Shown: positions 22,606 to 36,235, counted from the whole stretch's first letter. The stretch: DNA of 63,754 nucleotides, filler included, from Pelomyxa schiedti (GCA_020536535.1; 6 parts of 6 records of this genome joined end to end with filler, not necessarily neighbours in it); one strand, 5' to 3'. Translations and numbers: made by a program. The notes: generated from the letters alone by a model not told the origin.

Positions 22606-24136
22606 CTAGAAAAGTTTTTGGGAGAAGGTATTGTTGGCCCACCCAAGGTATTTTAGGATTGGATTAGGTTTGGAGAGGTCAATGTGAAATGGGTTGTTTC
22701 CATGGATGAACGCATAGCGCACGTCATTGCTATAGCAGAAATTCTCCACGTTCTTGTGAATGGTTGCCAGCACAAAAAGGTTTCCTGAAAAGAATAATGA
22801 AAAAGATTGCGGAACAGCGAGGGGACTACTTGAAATCTGCCGATATTGGACAGAAAAATCATAGGTAACAGTAAGCTCCTTCAGGGCTTTGACTATTGCA
22901 CAGAAGTTCTCCGGTTCAATTGATATTATTGAAATAAAAACTGCTGGCCCTACGCTGTTTAAGTTTGATATGGAGAGAATGAAAATAATTGAATTGGACT
23001 TACTACGAGATATTCGTTCTGTAATTCCAGCAATTGTTGATTCAGGAACTACATAGAACAAAGTGAGGTTAGCGTGACAAAGGGCGAGGTGTGAACACAC
23101 ACGTTTTGTAACAGAACGGCTGTCCACAATGTACTGTCTGTTTGAAGTGGTTGTGAAGGAGACAAACTCGACTGTGCCTTTAGTATGTACAAGAGTACTG
23201 GTATCTCCCAACGTGGGGAGTGGTCCAAAGTGAACCGGTAGATGCCGGCGGAGCAGTGGCAGGGGATGCACCTCCTTGAGCCTGATCGCTGTGCTCCCTT
23301 GGTCACCGCGGGGAGGTTTTGAGCACAAAGCGATACAATTTGAGGATATTGCGCCAATTCCGGGAATGGTAGACACAAGGAGCACAATCTTAGACCCTAT
23401 ATGCGATCTGCCAATGCGTTCAGCAACTAAAATAGAACCGACCCATGGTTTTCAACCTTGTGGAAGAGCACATTGGAGTGATGCTGAATATAATCACCTC
23501 CGTAGAGGGGGGACATGGCACACCAGGACTATTGGTTACAGGAAGGCTCCGCAGTGTAATTTCCACTGGTTCACTGGACTTCCCAGTGCACTTTCTGCAT
23601 ATTGCCTCTGATAGATATTTCACACAATGTCAGCATTGCTGACACGAAAGTGCGGGAAATACTTGCGTTCAATCCCCATTTGACCCATGAGCCACAAATG
23701 ACGTGGTTTGCCAGCTCGGTGTGCGTTATGCCCGTGGATTGTCTCCAAATTGAGTCAACGCTCAGCTTCATCTTTTGTGTGGGTGGTTGGCGTTTTGTTC
23801 CATTTTAGTGGCTTCTCTACTTTCAAAGGTGTTTTTTTCCCGAGTTCAAACCACAAACACTACACACACTGAGGGAATGCGCACAGTGTATAAATGGCGC
23901 CAGCACAGCACGTCTCCATCCACGCGTAGTTCTACGAACCTCGAGCCAGTCGGCTGGCTGTAACTGCTCATCACTCTTTCGGTGAATAATGAGATTTTGA
24001 TCTTGAGCATCTCCCTCCGTTTTTGCCTCTTTGGTAATGTGCGACAGTGACAGGGAATGAGGCTGTTGGTCGAGTAGTCATGAACCTCGGCACCGCCGCA
24101 CTGAAGCGTTTCGCCAAAGATCCAGATCCGCTTCAT
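22606..24136 (-). CDS. Uncharacterised multi-exon protein
   Basis: Several same-strand ORFs (23846-24136, 23571-23771, 23420-23623, 22606-23385) with plausible introns between them; no family recognised. Confidence 0.45.
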
Positions 24137-24330
24137 TTTTTTTCCTTTTCCATCTCAGAGAATTCCAGCAACCCAAGAAGCTTCACACCGATGCTTCTGA
24201 AGCCCCAGAGCGCGCCCTGAATTCTCGCTTGGGATACTGGACAAGGGGAGCTACACCACCTGATGTTCCGATAAAACCGAAAGAAACAACAGCCGAGTCG
24301 AAACACTACAGCAGAAACCCATAAGTTACG

Positions 24331-25881
24331 ATGGCGGGAATGGACTTCGCGAAATGGGAGGAGACGATACGCCAGTGTCACGTGTTGCCGATGGACGACC
24401 TCAAAAAACTATGCGACAGAGTAACAACTAACCCCATAATCGCTACTTTTTTTTTTGAAATTGTTGAAGGTTGGTGACTAAAACCACATGGTAATAGGCA
24501 AAAGAGATATTGCTGGAAGAATCCAATGTTCAACCAGTTTCTTCCCCTGTGACGGTATTTCCTTATTATTCATCGATTGTTGTGTTAAATAGAAATTGTT
24601 AATTCGAATTTAACAGATTTGTGGAGATATCCACGGGCAATTCTGGGACCTTCTCAAACTGTTTGCCACTGGTGGTGAACTGCCTGAGACTAAATACATT
24701 TTCATGGTATATTGACTCTTAGTCACAATCGTAAAGAATCCCACTTTTTTTTCCCTCCAGGGTGATTATGTGGATCGTGGCTATCACAGCCTTGAAACAT
24801 TCACCCTCCTCGTTCTTCTGAAAGTGAGGTGAGTCTTTTCAATGATGGTATTCGCTAATATTCTCCATTTAGATATCACGACCGCATCACTCTCTTGCGT
24901 GGAAATCATGAAAGCAGGCAAATCACACAAGTATCAAAATCGGTCTATTTACTTAAACTTATTGATTTTTCCGCAAGGTCTATGGCTTTTATGATGAATG
25001 TGTACAAAAGTATGGAAATGGTATCCCTTGGCGCTGGTGTACACAAGTGTTTGATCTTCTCACTGTTGCCGCTGTTTGTACCCCCTCAATTGACACGTTT
25101 TTCCTTTTTTTTTCATGTTGATCTGTGAACAGATTGTTGACGGAAAGATATTATGTGTGCATGGCGGTCTTTCACCAGGTATCAATTTTTCTTCTCATAC
25201 TTTTCGAACTTTTTGGAATGTGATTAACCTTTATGAAAGACATCAGGACAATTGATCAAATACGCGCCAATATCAAACGAAACCAAGAGATTCCACAGGA
25301 GGGACCTTTCTGTGGTATGCTTAATAATTTATTGCCAGTCTTATCTAACCGGGTTTACACCATATATATTATAGACCTGATGTGGTCAGATCCGGAGGAA
25401 GCTATTGAGGGCATGGTCATCAGCCCAAGAGGTGCTGGGTGTCTGTTTGGGGCCAATGTGACAAAAGAGGTTCCTAAAAAACATAGTCACTCATACATTA
25501 AAGTCTGACAGTTTTGTTTTCAAGTTCAACACGTTGAATAGCCTGGAGCTCATATGCCGCGCACATCAGCTTGTGCAAGAAGGATATAAATACAGCTTCA
25601 GTCCGGACAATACCCTCGTAACAGTGTGGTCGGCTCCAAACTATTGTTACCGGTATGTGTTCTTCTACTTGTCTTGTTGTCTGTAGTTGTGTGTCCAACT
25701 CAATCCCACCAACGCCTTTGTATAGTAGCACTTCTAACCAATTAAACACAGTTGTGGGAACGTTGCGGCTATACTGGCACTGGACACAACGCGACAGAGG
25801 CAGTTTCAGATATTTGAGGCTGTGCCAGAGGCTGAGCACCCAATCCCCCCTCAACGAACAACAATCCCTTACTTCCTTTAG
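24331..25881 (+). CDS. PPP6C: Ser/Thr protein phosphatase 6 catalytic subunit (Sit4-like), multi-exon
   Basis: [86 protein letters not shown]-terminal TIPYFL. Confidence 0.9.
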
Positions 25882-26135
25882 TGTGACACTCCCCCACACC
25901 ATCACAAGAAACAAGGAGTTGACCAAAATAAAATGTTTGCATGTTCAACCTTTAATCACCTTGCTTGGACCGGTTATGGGTGGGAGGATGAACCCTGAGA
26001 AGGCGGCCAGAGTCTCTGCTGCCGATGCAATATCATCACTCACTACCTGTGATGATCATTTGTTGCTCTGCGAAGAGCGTTTGGGAAACCAAAGTGAGTC
26101 CCAAATTTAGCACATTGGCTTTTCTGTGAGGAAAG

Positions 26136-29100
26136 ATGTTCAAAGGAGCAGCAGACGCTGTCAAACGTGCTACGGCGGGCCTAACAACGGCTCCAGCCAC
26201 AAAGAAGTCGGCCATCAGCGGTACTGACGCCGATTCGTCGTCTCCCACTATCGCCTACTCCGGAGGTGCCAGCAGTTACGTGCCTCAACAAAGACCGGTA
26301 GTAGCGGCCACGCAACAGCCGGCGGCACCAACGCAGCAGCAAGCAACAAGCACACCCGGCGCTGCAGTTCACAGCACACCAGCCGATGCCGTCGGGCTCT
26401 CATCCACGACGTCTCCGCAGCCCGCTGTGGGGACCGCGACCGCGCCAGTGCTGCAGGCCACGGCGCAGGTGTTGCGAGACAGCACGCCGGCATGTACGGC
26501 CACACAAACGACGCCGGGGGGGGCTGCGTATTCCACACCTTCAGCTTCGCCGGCTGTGCAATCTCTGGGCTTACCAAGTGTCGGTTCTGCTCTAACGACC
26601 GGGGTTCTTCCTGTATGTTGTTTGGGAAAAACTCACTTTTCATAATAATTTTTTCCTTCCCCAGGAATCAGACTCCAACAATGATGATGAATGGGAAGAG
26701 GATGAAGAGGAAGTTGAGCCACAGCTCAAGTACACAAGATTGGTATGTGCCGCTGAACGCGAAAAACCTTACTCTTGAAGAGAGGAAATGTTCCCGAAAT
26801 TCTCAGGAGTAATAATGCCTCTTGTATTGCCATATATGCTAAATTTCTCGTATGTGCTCACTTTTTTCCCATGTCCCATTCACCAAGAAATGCAGGCCTT
26901 GGGAACACACACAGGAAAGATTTTCATCCTCGATTTTCAAGGCAATCAATTGATCTCTTTTGAGTATTTTCTTTATTCTTCTGAAAGGTTTTAGTGCTAA
27001 TAGTTCGTAGGAGCCACGACTACACTGTAAATGAAATTAGTATTGATGGCACCGGTCACTACCTTGCAAGTTGCTCAGACGATGGTACTGTTTATCGTAT
27101 CCTGGTTATACTGCACTCATTCTTCATCAAGGTCGAGTTGTGATTAATGCCCTGATGGCAAAAGAAGTTATTACGTGTNNNNNNNNNNNNNNNNNNNNNN
27201 NNNNNNNNNNNNNNNNNNNNNNNNNNNNNNNNNNNNNNNNNNNNNNNNNNNNNNNNNNNNNNNNNNNNNNNNNNNNNNACTACCTTGCAAGTTGCTCAGA
27301 CGATGGTACTGTTTATCGTATCCTGGTTATACTGCACTCATTCTTCATCAAGGTCGAGTTGTGATTAATGCCCTGATGGCAAAAGAAGTTATTACGTGTG
27401 AGTACCATAGGCCAATAAAGGCGGTTTCAATAGACCCAAATTATATTCGAAAGAATACCCGCCAGTATTGTGTGGGTGGATCATCTGGACATTTGATGGT
27501 AAATGTAAAAGGTGAAAGATCCTTTACTATAGTGCAATGTCTCACTCAACCCTGTAAAGGAATACTCAAGGCAAAAGATGTTGTGATACACCAGGGGCAA
27601 GGTGCAATTCACACAATAAAGTGGAAGGGGTATGCTTTTCACTTATTGTATACAATTACGTAAAACACACAGACAGTTCATTGCTTGGGCAAGCGACACA
27701 GGCATCCGTGTCTGGGATGTATCCTCAAGGCAACAAATTGGAGCTATTCCGAGGGAACCAGGCTCACCTCGCCCAGATTTATATCGGTTCGTTGTTCACT
27801 TGTAACTGTTTTATTTCCCAATCATCTCAGGTGTTGTTTGTGTTGGGAAGATGAGCGCACACTTATTATTGGATGGGCCGATGGTGTAAAAATTTGCGAA
27901 GTCAAAGTTACTTTCCTTCTCACATACTTTCTTCCAACAACTTTACCAAGGAGAGACCCCCAACAGACCAAGCAGGGTTCTTTTTGCAAATAACAGCCAA
28001 GTTTATTCTCTTCACATAATAATTGCCGACTTAATAGCATTAAAGGTTTAAGACGGACTTTTTCATCAGCGGAGTCGCTCCATACGGAACTCAGCTTGTC
28101 CTACTGGCGTACATTGAAGAGAACACCGATCCCGAGGGAAGACCTGTTGTGGTGCCAGAAAGGTTGACAGGCACACAATAAAGTTCGAATTTACATGCCT
28201 ACAGGTACCACCCAGAANNNNNNNNNNNNNNNNNNNNNNNNNNNNNNNNNNNNNNNNNNNNNNNNNNNNNNNNNNNNNNNNNNNNNNNNNNNNNNNNNNN
28301 NNNNNNNNNNNNNNNNNTGTCCTACTGGCGTACATTGAAGAGAACACCGATCCCGAGGGAAGACCTGTTGTGGTGCCAGAAAGGTTGACAGGCACACAAT
28401 AAAGTTCGAATTTACATGCCTACAGGTACCACCCAGAACTCAGACTTATGTCAAAAAGTGGTAGGGAATTTGTATCTGATGCAATAGAGGTTGAAGGATA
28501 TAAGGACTATCACGTTTGTTACAAAATCAATGTTTTTTCTATTTTAAAGCAAAAAGTAGGCAACAGCATACAGACTCGAGTATTCACTAAAAGGGCCCAT
28601 GTTCTTTTTGATGGCACCAAAGGGTATTGTTGTTGCCAGACCCCGAGACCTGGATGACCACATTGACTGGCTACTAGAAAAGCACAAGTATCATCCTCCT
28701 GGGTTGGCCAATTTTCTATCCTTTCTAGATTTGCTGAAGCACTCATGGAGTGTGAACATGAAACCAAGAAATATGCCCGAATTGTGGAGATCTATCTGAA
28801 TGACTTAATTTGTAGGTTACATTCACCCAAATGCTACTCGGTCTAACACTTAACAGCAAAACAAGAGTACACCAAGGCTGTAAGAGTTTGTGTAGAAACT
28901 TTTGGCTCTGATCCAGAACTGTGGGAAAAATGGATCATAACATTTACAGAGCATGGACAGTTGGCGGTAAATTCCACCACCAATTAATCGTGTACCAATG
29001 TCTATATATAGAGATTAGTTGATTATATTCCGACCAGAAATCCCACACTCAAAACTGTCACGTACACCAATGTAATTCTTTACTTCCTTCGATGTGAGCA

Positions 29101-29568
29101 ACTTCTCTTCACTTTATTGACCCTCAGAATATAAACAGGTGATCCAGATAGGTGTTTGCAGTTAATTTCAGCCTGGGAATCCCTGTTTGACGTTAAAGAA
29201 ATTTTCATTGCTATGAAAACTATCACTCCAACTGAAAAACATAAATTGGGTATCGCTCAAGTTGAACATTTGAACGGCACTGTGTCAGAGTTGAAAACGC
29301 AGAAGGAGCTTGTTGCCAATCTGCAACAAGCTCTCAAGGAAGAAGCTGCCAAGTCCAAAACATACCAGGTTTCCTCCTCAAACCAGTAAAAGCACTCACT
29401 CTATTCTGCACACTCCTCCAGGCAGACGTGGCAGAGTTGCAGCAGCATAACGAACGGGTTCCAAATCTTCATTCTAACATAAACGAACTAATTCCTTTTT
29501 ACACACAGCTCCAACGTGAAAAGAGAGAAACAGAGGCAGCACTCTGTGAAGAACGAATTTGTGTAGCC
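26136..29568 (+). CDS. VPS41: Vps41-like (HOPS) protein, multi-exon, truncated at scaffold end
   Basis: EEDEEEVEPQLKY, ALGTHTGKIFILDFQGN, HDYTVNEISIDGTGHYLASCSDDG, YHRPIKAVSIDPNY, IAWASDTGIR, LIIGWADGVKIC, PKGIVVARPRDLDDHIDWLLE. Confidence 0.82.
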
Positions 29569-29612
29569 NNNNNNNNNNNNNNNNNNNNNNNNNNNNNNNN
29601 NNNNNNNNNNNN

Positions 29613-29624
29613 TTAATTAATTAA
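29613..29624. other. Artificial six-frame-stop scaffold linker inside N run 29569-29668
   Basis: TTAATTAATTAA flanked by 44 N on each side. Confidence 0.97.
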
Positions 29625-29872
29625 NNNNNNNNNNNNNNNNNNNNNNNNNNNNNNNNNNNNNNNNNNNNAATGGAAGAACAAATGGTGAGCTCGCAAGTGT
29701 TTTCCACCAGACTGCAGACAAAAAGTCTCACCCACTCATTTTGTGTACACAACGATACTTCGGCCCGTGCCATCAGTACTTCAAGAAGAGTCGGCAGAAT
29801 CAGTTTTCAGAGGAATGATCACTTCAGATAAAACTCCCGAGTTTGATCGGCGAAAGGAAATTGATCTTCAAG

Positions 29873-30222
29873 ATGGTGCGCACCAGGAACTTGTGGTACG
29901 CAGTGTTTGTTGCAGCGTGGGCGTTGGTTTGTTATTGTGGGTGCGCGTGGAGCGAGGATGTGCCTGAGCCCCCGATTTTCCCAGCGCAGTACAACGCCAC
30001 GCTTGTCATCACAACTGCCGGGGGTACTGTATACAACGTATGTAGTGCGCGGCGTGAATGGTGGTGTGGGCGATTATGGGTGGCGTCTGGAACTGGTCCC
30101 ATAATTTGTTACAGGGCACTTTATGGAGTGACTACTTCAAGGGGAAGAAGCGCATGGATACGGTTTACCCTGATAAACTCTATACGCAAATTATTCGCTT
30201 GGATCAGGTAACAAATTAGAAA
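29873..30222 (+). CDS. 5' part of ependymin-like gene (second haplotype or copy of 35193-36106)
   Basis: 29669-30222 matches 34986-35523 with a few SNPs and intronic indels. Confidence 0.75.
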
Positions 30223-30322
30223 NNNNNNNNNNNNNNNNNNNNNNNNNNNNNNNNNNNNNNNNNNNNNNNNNNNNNNNNNNNNNNNNNNNNNNNNNNNNNN
30301 NNNNNNNNNNNNNNNNNNNNNN

Positions 30323-31450
30323 ATTGGGAGGGATCACAGCTTCCAAGTCAATCTTCAATTGAGTTGGAAGACCAACGTTCCTAGTGGTGGATTTAGTGGT
30401 GTTCAGGGTGTTAGGAGTGACATTCAAAGTCTTCAGGGAGTTTAACCGGAGTTCCTTGCAGATTGCGGCATTGTGGCGGCATGTGTTGAGGATGTGCTTG
30501 ACCGATTCTGGGGAATTGCAGCCGTGCCAGCATGTTGAAGCAATGTGGAGGATGTGGTACAGGCGGTTGTTCAGGGGCTTCATGCTGGTTGCAATTTGGA
30601 GAGCAAGGTTCCGCAGGGTTGGAGGGATTCCCTTGGTGTTGAGGTTCTTGACCAGGTTGATCCAGTGAGCCGCTGTTGGTTTCTCTATCATTGTGGTACA
30701 AAGCTTGTGATGCAGGGATTTTCCTGGGCTGCAGTTATATGTTTGTTCATGGTGGGTCATATTGCTGGTTTCTTGGGAGGACAACGGCTGCTTTTTGGAC
30801 AATCCCAAAGCCAAATGAACCTCCACTCGTGCTAATTCTTGCAAGAGTGTTGAGGTGGTAATTGTAGAGTCCAACAACAGTTTTGGCTGCTGTCTTAGCA
30901 GAGTCCGGCGAGTTGGGAATTGCATTCAGGATCTTGTGAGGGTTCACGTTTAATTCGCGCCGGAGGTCGGAGTTATGTCCACATCTATTTAAGATGTGCT
31001 TCATCGTTTGCGGGGAGTCACATCCATGGTGGCAAGTTGGGGCCACATCGCAAAGATGAGTTATGCAGTTATTGAGTGGTTTCATATTTGCGGCTACTTG
31101 GAGGGCTTGATTACGAATTGATGGTGGTATTCCAGGGGTGTTGAGGTCATTGACTACATTTTGCCAGTTGGTTTCTGTTGGTGGTGTATTCCTGGCTGTG
31201 TGGAGTTTGTGGTGTAGTGGCTTGGTGGGGTGTTCTTGCATGATGTCTGTGGGTGTGCTCATGTGGGCTGGAATATGCTTGTTGAAATGTATGCCAGAGG
31301 GTAGGTACGCCTCAGTGCCTTGCATGAGGTGGGTTATGACATTCGTCCAAGCCTGGGGCATTCCAACATGCCAGAATGTGGGTTATGGCGTTCCTGTCAA
31401 GATTATCATAGGCCTTGGAGAAATCAGTGAAGAGGAACTGGGCAATCGTG
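30323..31450 (-). mobile_element. Degenerate non-LTR retrotransposon remnant: RT fragment plus two tandem zf-RVT-like modules
   Basis: FLFTDFSKAYDNLDRNAITHILA (31393-31425 core) in a frame shifted from PQAWTNVITHLMQG; two Cys/His modules CHHGCDSPQTMKHILNRC and CWHGCNSPESVKHILNTC. Confidence 0.78.
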
Positions 31451-32535
31451 GTTGTTGTTGCTGTTGTAGTTGTTGTTGTATGTATTGTTGTTAGTTAGTT
31501 AGTTCTATTGTTTGATCGCAGGGAATCCAAAAGCTACTTTCCTATCTGCTTCATCCTTCTCCTTTTTTTTTTTTTCTCTCCTTTTCAAAGTTTCTTTTGG
31601 CTTTTTGCCTCCTCTTTGAGTTTCTGCGCACATTGCAGACACATAACCTCGTTATTTCGGGTACAGAACTTATTTCCTGAAAACGGCTTCTGCATTCTGT
31701 GGGGCTGTTAGGAATACCAAAAAAAAAAAAAAAAAAAAAAAAAGGACCCACCAATTAGTAAAAACACACAAAGTGCCACAGCCTACCAACAGCCCTCAGA
31801 AGCTTCTATACGGGAAGTACTGTCATCCTACATCTAAGGCACAGACTAAGGTCAACGTCAGGTACCAGATGAAGCAAAGTCTTCCGTTGTGCTTGTGCAT
31901 TAGAGGCCAGCAAAGAATTCGTATGCAAGTATACCTGAAAGTACCACGGCACGGCATATGTAATGTGTACTTGGCTTGGTTTTTTTTTTTTTACCTCTTG
32001 CGTGCCAGTTGAGGGTAGTAGTGGCAGTGGCAGTAGACACCGGAGGTTCTCTCCCACACGAAGGAGGCACGGCCAAGGTAGCACTGGCACTGGCACTACC
32101 GCCGAGCTGCGGGGTACGAGAGGGCGCACAGGGACCGCCCCCGGCGTCGGCGCACGCCAGGCACACCGTGTGCCGGCACGTGTAGGGCAAGAGGACGGGA
32201 CCAGGCTCACCAGTACCGAGGGCCCCCCCGAGCACGACTACGAGTCGCACCACACCGTCTCCTCCTACGTATCGTATGCTACTTCGAAGTTCTACCGCCA
32301 GGCGGGGTGGCATCTTCGGCGAAAGAATGTCCCGCCAGCTAGTCCATGCGATGTTTGTGAAAGAGGTTAGGCATGTCACCCCTGCCACCCACGTAAGGAT
32401 CTTCTGGACCACGTGTTGGGAGCGCCACCCGGAGAGGTTGCCCCACCAACTTGGAAGTTCGGAAAAACCCAAAACAAACGCGAAAATCAAGAGTGAACTC
32501 CAACAAAATCAAACAGCACCACACCCCACAGCTCG

Positions 32536-34701
32536 ATGAGCGGGGCTGGTGACGCACGGGTGCCGGAACAGCGACAATCACCTTCCATGTCGCAACAGAT
32601 CTCCACGTCCGCGACATCGATGCCAATGCCGCCGTTGCCGTTGCCGTTTTCGCCTATGTCCACGAGAACGACGGCGTCGTGCTTTTCTCCCCTGCCGCCA
32701 CCCGCGCAGATCGCGGTTCCTAGAACTACGTCGCCGCCGACGGGAGCGCGGCCGGTGTCGCCGCCTTCGTCTCAGCAGCGAAGGACGAATGTGACCGGGA
32801 GTGGACTGCTTGGAACTGGGGCCACGACAGCAGCGCCGACGACCGCGACGCCGCAGCAAGTGGAGGCGCTGAGGAAGGCTTTTTCCTGTCTGGAGGGTTA
32901 CATAAACCAGCTCTCTGTGTTTATGGCTCATCGCGAGTGGACGTCGCGCGAGATGGTGTACTCCACGCAAACGGTGCAGGCATTTGAACAGTTTGTGAAG
33001 CTCGCGGAGAGTGGCAATGAACCAAACTTGGTGGACTATGCACACAGGATTGTTCGCTCCCTATACTCGGCGGTGGAGAAGTTGAATCCAAAGAGAGTGT
33101 CTGAGATATTTCCGTTTCTCATTGTTCTTGTTCTCAGTGCCCTCTCGTATTTATCGTTTCCTTTTGATTTCAAACCAATGAAAATGCAAGAGTAATTGAG
33201 AAACTGGATCATAAGAAAGAACCGGTATGCACACTGGATAAGTTGTTTGCTATCATACATCGTCAAGCTCTGAAAGTTTCCTCGAGTGATGATGTTTCAA
33301 GAAAGGAGTCCGCCATCTTATCTGTATTGAAATTTTCCTGCTATTTCCCTCTATTAATTTTTTCCCCCTTAATAATAAACAAAGGCTTTAAGCAAGTATG
33401 ATGGCAGTTCTGTTTTTGCCAAACTTGGTGAACTCTTGGAAAGTAGGTTATCATCTAAAGTTCATCTTCAGGTAAAACCCTGAACTTGTCATCAGTAACT
33501 TCCCTTAACATCACAGGCATCCTTTGAAATGTCTCTGCGTTTATTGTACATGGGATTTCACATTGTTGTGAAAGATGAGTCCTCCCAACAAGTCAGTGAA
33601 CATTTTGTCGTTCTACCATTCATGATTCCATAAGGTTGTCGAAAATTGGAAATCCTCCATCAGATTTATTGGGCAACACTCATTCACAACAATTAGAGAG
33701 ATATTTTTTTCGTACATTTCAAATTTATCAAAAAAAACCCTGTAACAACAACAAGTAGGCCACTTGTCTTGTGCTCAAGAATTTCACTCTCCACACCTTA
33801 TTCCGTCTCCTTGGCTGTATTACATGGGCTGTTGGAGACCACAAAAAACGAGTCCCACAACTGCAAAATATCTGTGGAACAGCAACTTTCTCATAGGTCT
33901 CAAGTACCGGCATTGGTGTATTGGCCCTGTCCAGCTAAGTTCAAAATTCCTCATGATGACATCAATGCCATCCAGGTAGGCTTTCTCTTAGTTGAGCACT
34001 CAAATTTATACTTACTGCATTAGGAACTGTCAGAGATACTACGAGGTTCTTCTGACCATTTTTTCAGGTGTTTTAACACACCCAACAGCATTTTTGGATG
34101 TATCATGCCCAAGGGACAGGAGTAGTGTCTTGCTGCCCTTATTTGTGGAATGGTGGTATTGGCTGCTGGGGATTGTTCAAGAGGTCCTCTAATGAAGAGC
34201 TGCAAGGAAAGACTGTCATCTACGGCCCGAGTGTACATCATCAAGAGGAAGAATCCATCAGCACCTCACCTCGTCCAAAGTGCTGGGTCTGAAGCCAGGA
34301 ACTTGTTCCCAATTGGGAACGGATCCAGGTTCTGCGTCGCGTACGATGGATTATACGAGTTGCGTGATGTTAACACACCAGAGAACGTGCTGATTATCAT
34401 CGACACCATAGGGTTTGAGAGGGTCCAGCTGGAAACAAACACTGGGCTCATGCTGGCAACGTCAGAAAAGAGGAAGGAGAACCCTGAAGAGAGTGGCAAC
34501 AACTCAGACACACTGTGTGTGCACTTGTATCTTGCCAACCTACCAATAAGGACTGACCATCCTATCAGCTCCCCCGAGTCACAGGTCGAAAACAGACTGG
34601 GCCTGCTCTCCGAGATCGCAACAGTGGAAATTCCACACAACACCTCTTTGTGGACGAAAAGCGCGGCACACGTTGAACGCCTCTCCAGACACCACAAATG
34701 A
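32536..34701 (+). CDS. Uncharacterised multi-exon protein
   Basis: 219-aa first ORF with P/T-rich start then helical region; chain of short exons to the 183-aa ORF at 34150-34701; single-gene model inferred. Confidence 0.5.
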
Positions 34702-35192
34702 GTAATATGTCGATAAGAATCGAAAGTGTACACCTGTCCGCCAGCAGTGAATAAAGTCAAAACGAATGGAAGAACAAATGGTGAGCTCGCAAGTGTTTTC
34801 CACCAGACTGCAGACAAAAAGTCTCACCCACTCATTTTGTGTACACAACGATACTTCGGCCCGTGCCATCAGTACTTCAAGAAGANNNNNNNNNNNNNNN
34901 NNNNNNNNNNNNNNNNNNNNNNNNNNNNNNNNNNNNNNNNNNNNNNNNNNNNNNNNNNNNNNNNNNNNNNNNNNNNNNNNNNNNNAATGGAAGAACAAAT
35001 GGTGAGCTCGCAAGTGTTTTCCACCAGACTGCAGACAAAAAGTCTCACCCACTCATTTTGTGTACACAACGATACTTCGGCCCGTGCCATCAGTACTTCA
35101 AGAAGAAGCGGCAGAATCCGAAGTTTTCAGAGGAATGATCACTTCAGATAAAACTCCCGAGTTTGATCGGCGAAACGAAATTGATCTTCAAG

Positions 35193-36106
35193 ATGGTGCG
35201 CACCAGGAACTTGTGGTACGCAGTGTTTGTTGCAGCGTGGGCGTTGGTTTGTTATTGTGGGTGCGCGTGGAGCGAAGATGTGCCTGAGCCCCCGATTTTC
35301 CCAGCGCAGTACAACGCCACGCTTGTCATCACAACTGCCGGGGGTACTGTATACAACGTATGTAGTGCGCGGCGTGAATGGTGTGGGCGATTATGGGTGG
35401 CGTCTAATTTGTTACAGGGCACTTTATGGAGTGACTACTTCAAGGGGAAGAAGCGCATGGATACGGTTTACCCTGATAAACTCTATACGCAAATTATTCG
35501 CTTGGATCAGGTAACAAATTAGAAATGTTCCACCTGTCTGAACTAATTATATCAATCAAGTAAATATTTTGTGGCCTACTTGTAACACTCTCTTTCTTCC
35601 AAAGTTACCTTGGTACCAGTATATTATTCAAGAGTTTTATGATGGAACAGTGAAGTGCTCAAAATCAATGGTGAGGTCCTCGTTAGTTTTTTTTTTGTAC
35701 ACCAAAACACCTGATGACTCAGCTGACACTTCCACAGCTAGCTTCAAATCCAATAGACTATCCAGAGATGATATTGTATGGAACCTATGGCGGAACCTAT
35801 ACAATAAATGGAGTAGAAGCTGACAAGTGGACCGGTGTTAAAAATGGAGTTGGCTACAACATGGTGTGCACTAACTCAACCCCATCCCGCCCACTGTTTC
35901 ATGTCCATGTCACACTTCCCCAGCTTATTATGCAAACACTGAACAAAATTGTGTAGGATTATTATGACCAGCCGGATGATGCAATTGCAGAGTACCCAAA
36001 TTCACCAGTGAGAATGTATTACATTGGTGGTGCCACCTGGGACTTGTATGATGTTGTCCAGTTGCCTCAACCTGACCCCGTTTTTGAAATACCTTCTTTT
36101 TGTTGA
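35193..36106 (+). CDS. Secreted or lysosomal ependymin-related (EPDR/LolA-fold-like) protein, multi-exon
   Basis: Signal peptide, PPIFPAQYNATLVIT, GTLWSDYFKGKKRMD, TINGVEADKW, C-terminal QPDPVFEIPSFC resembling the EPDR end motif. Confidence 0.55.
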
Positions 36107-36235
36107 AAGATTCAGGAGAACATCCCCCTCTAATTCTGTGTTGTTTTAAATCTCCTTGAGACAAAGAAAAGAGTGGGTTATAGACCATTTTTTTAATCGT
36201 TTCTTTTTTAGTGTAACATAGTTGAGTTGCGGGCT

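Noticed and set aside
22700-23050. ACT-domain call for the C-terminus of the 22.6-24.1 kb gene
   Set aside because: Resemblance limited to a general hydrophobic pattern
27058-27398. Tandem repeat of a Vps41 exon
   Set aside because: Identical ~120 bp on both sides of a 100-N gap: unmerged contig overlap
28096-28438. Second tandem repeat within Vps41
   Set aside because: Same unmerged-overlap pattern around gap 28218-28317
29669-30222. Separate ependymin-like paralog
   Set aside because: Begins at the same base as the contig at 34986 and differs only by a few SNPs and intron indels; more likely a mis-scaffolded haplotype
31806-32490. Possible RING protein (PVLLPYTCRHTVCLAC)
   Set aside because: First and last Cys pairs not found and reading frame or strand is ambiguous
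34765-35105. Repeat upstream of the ependymin-like gene
   Set aside because: Identical sequence flanking gap 34886-34985; assembly overlap
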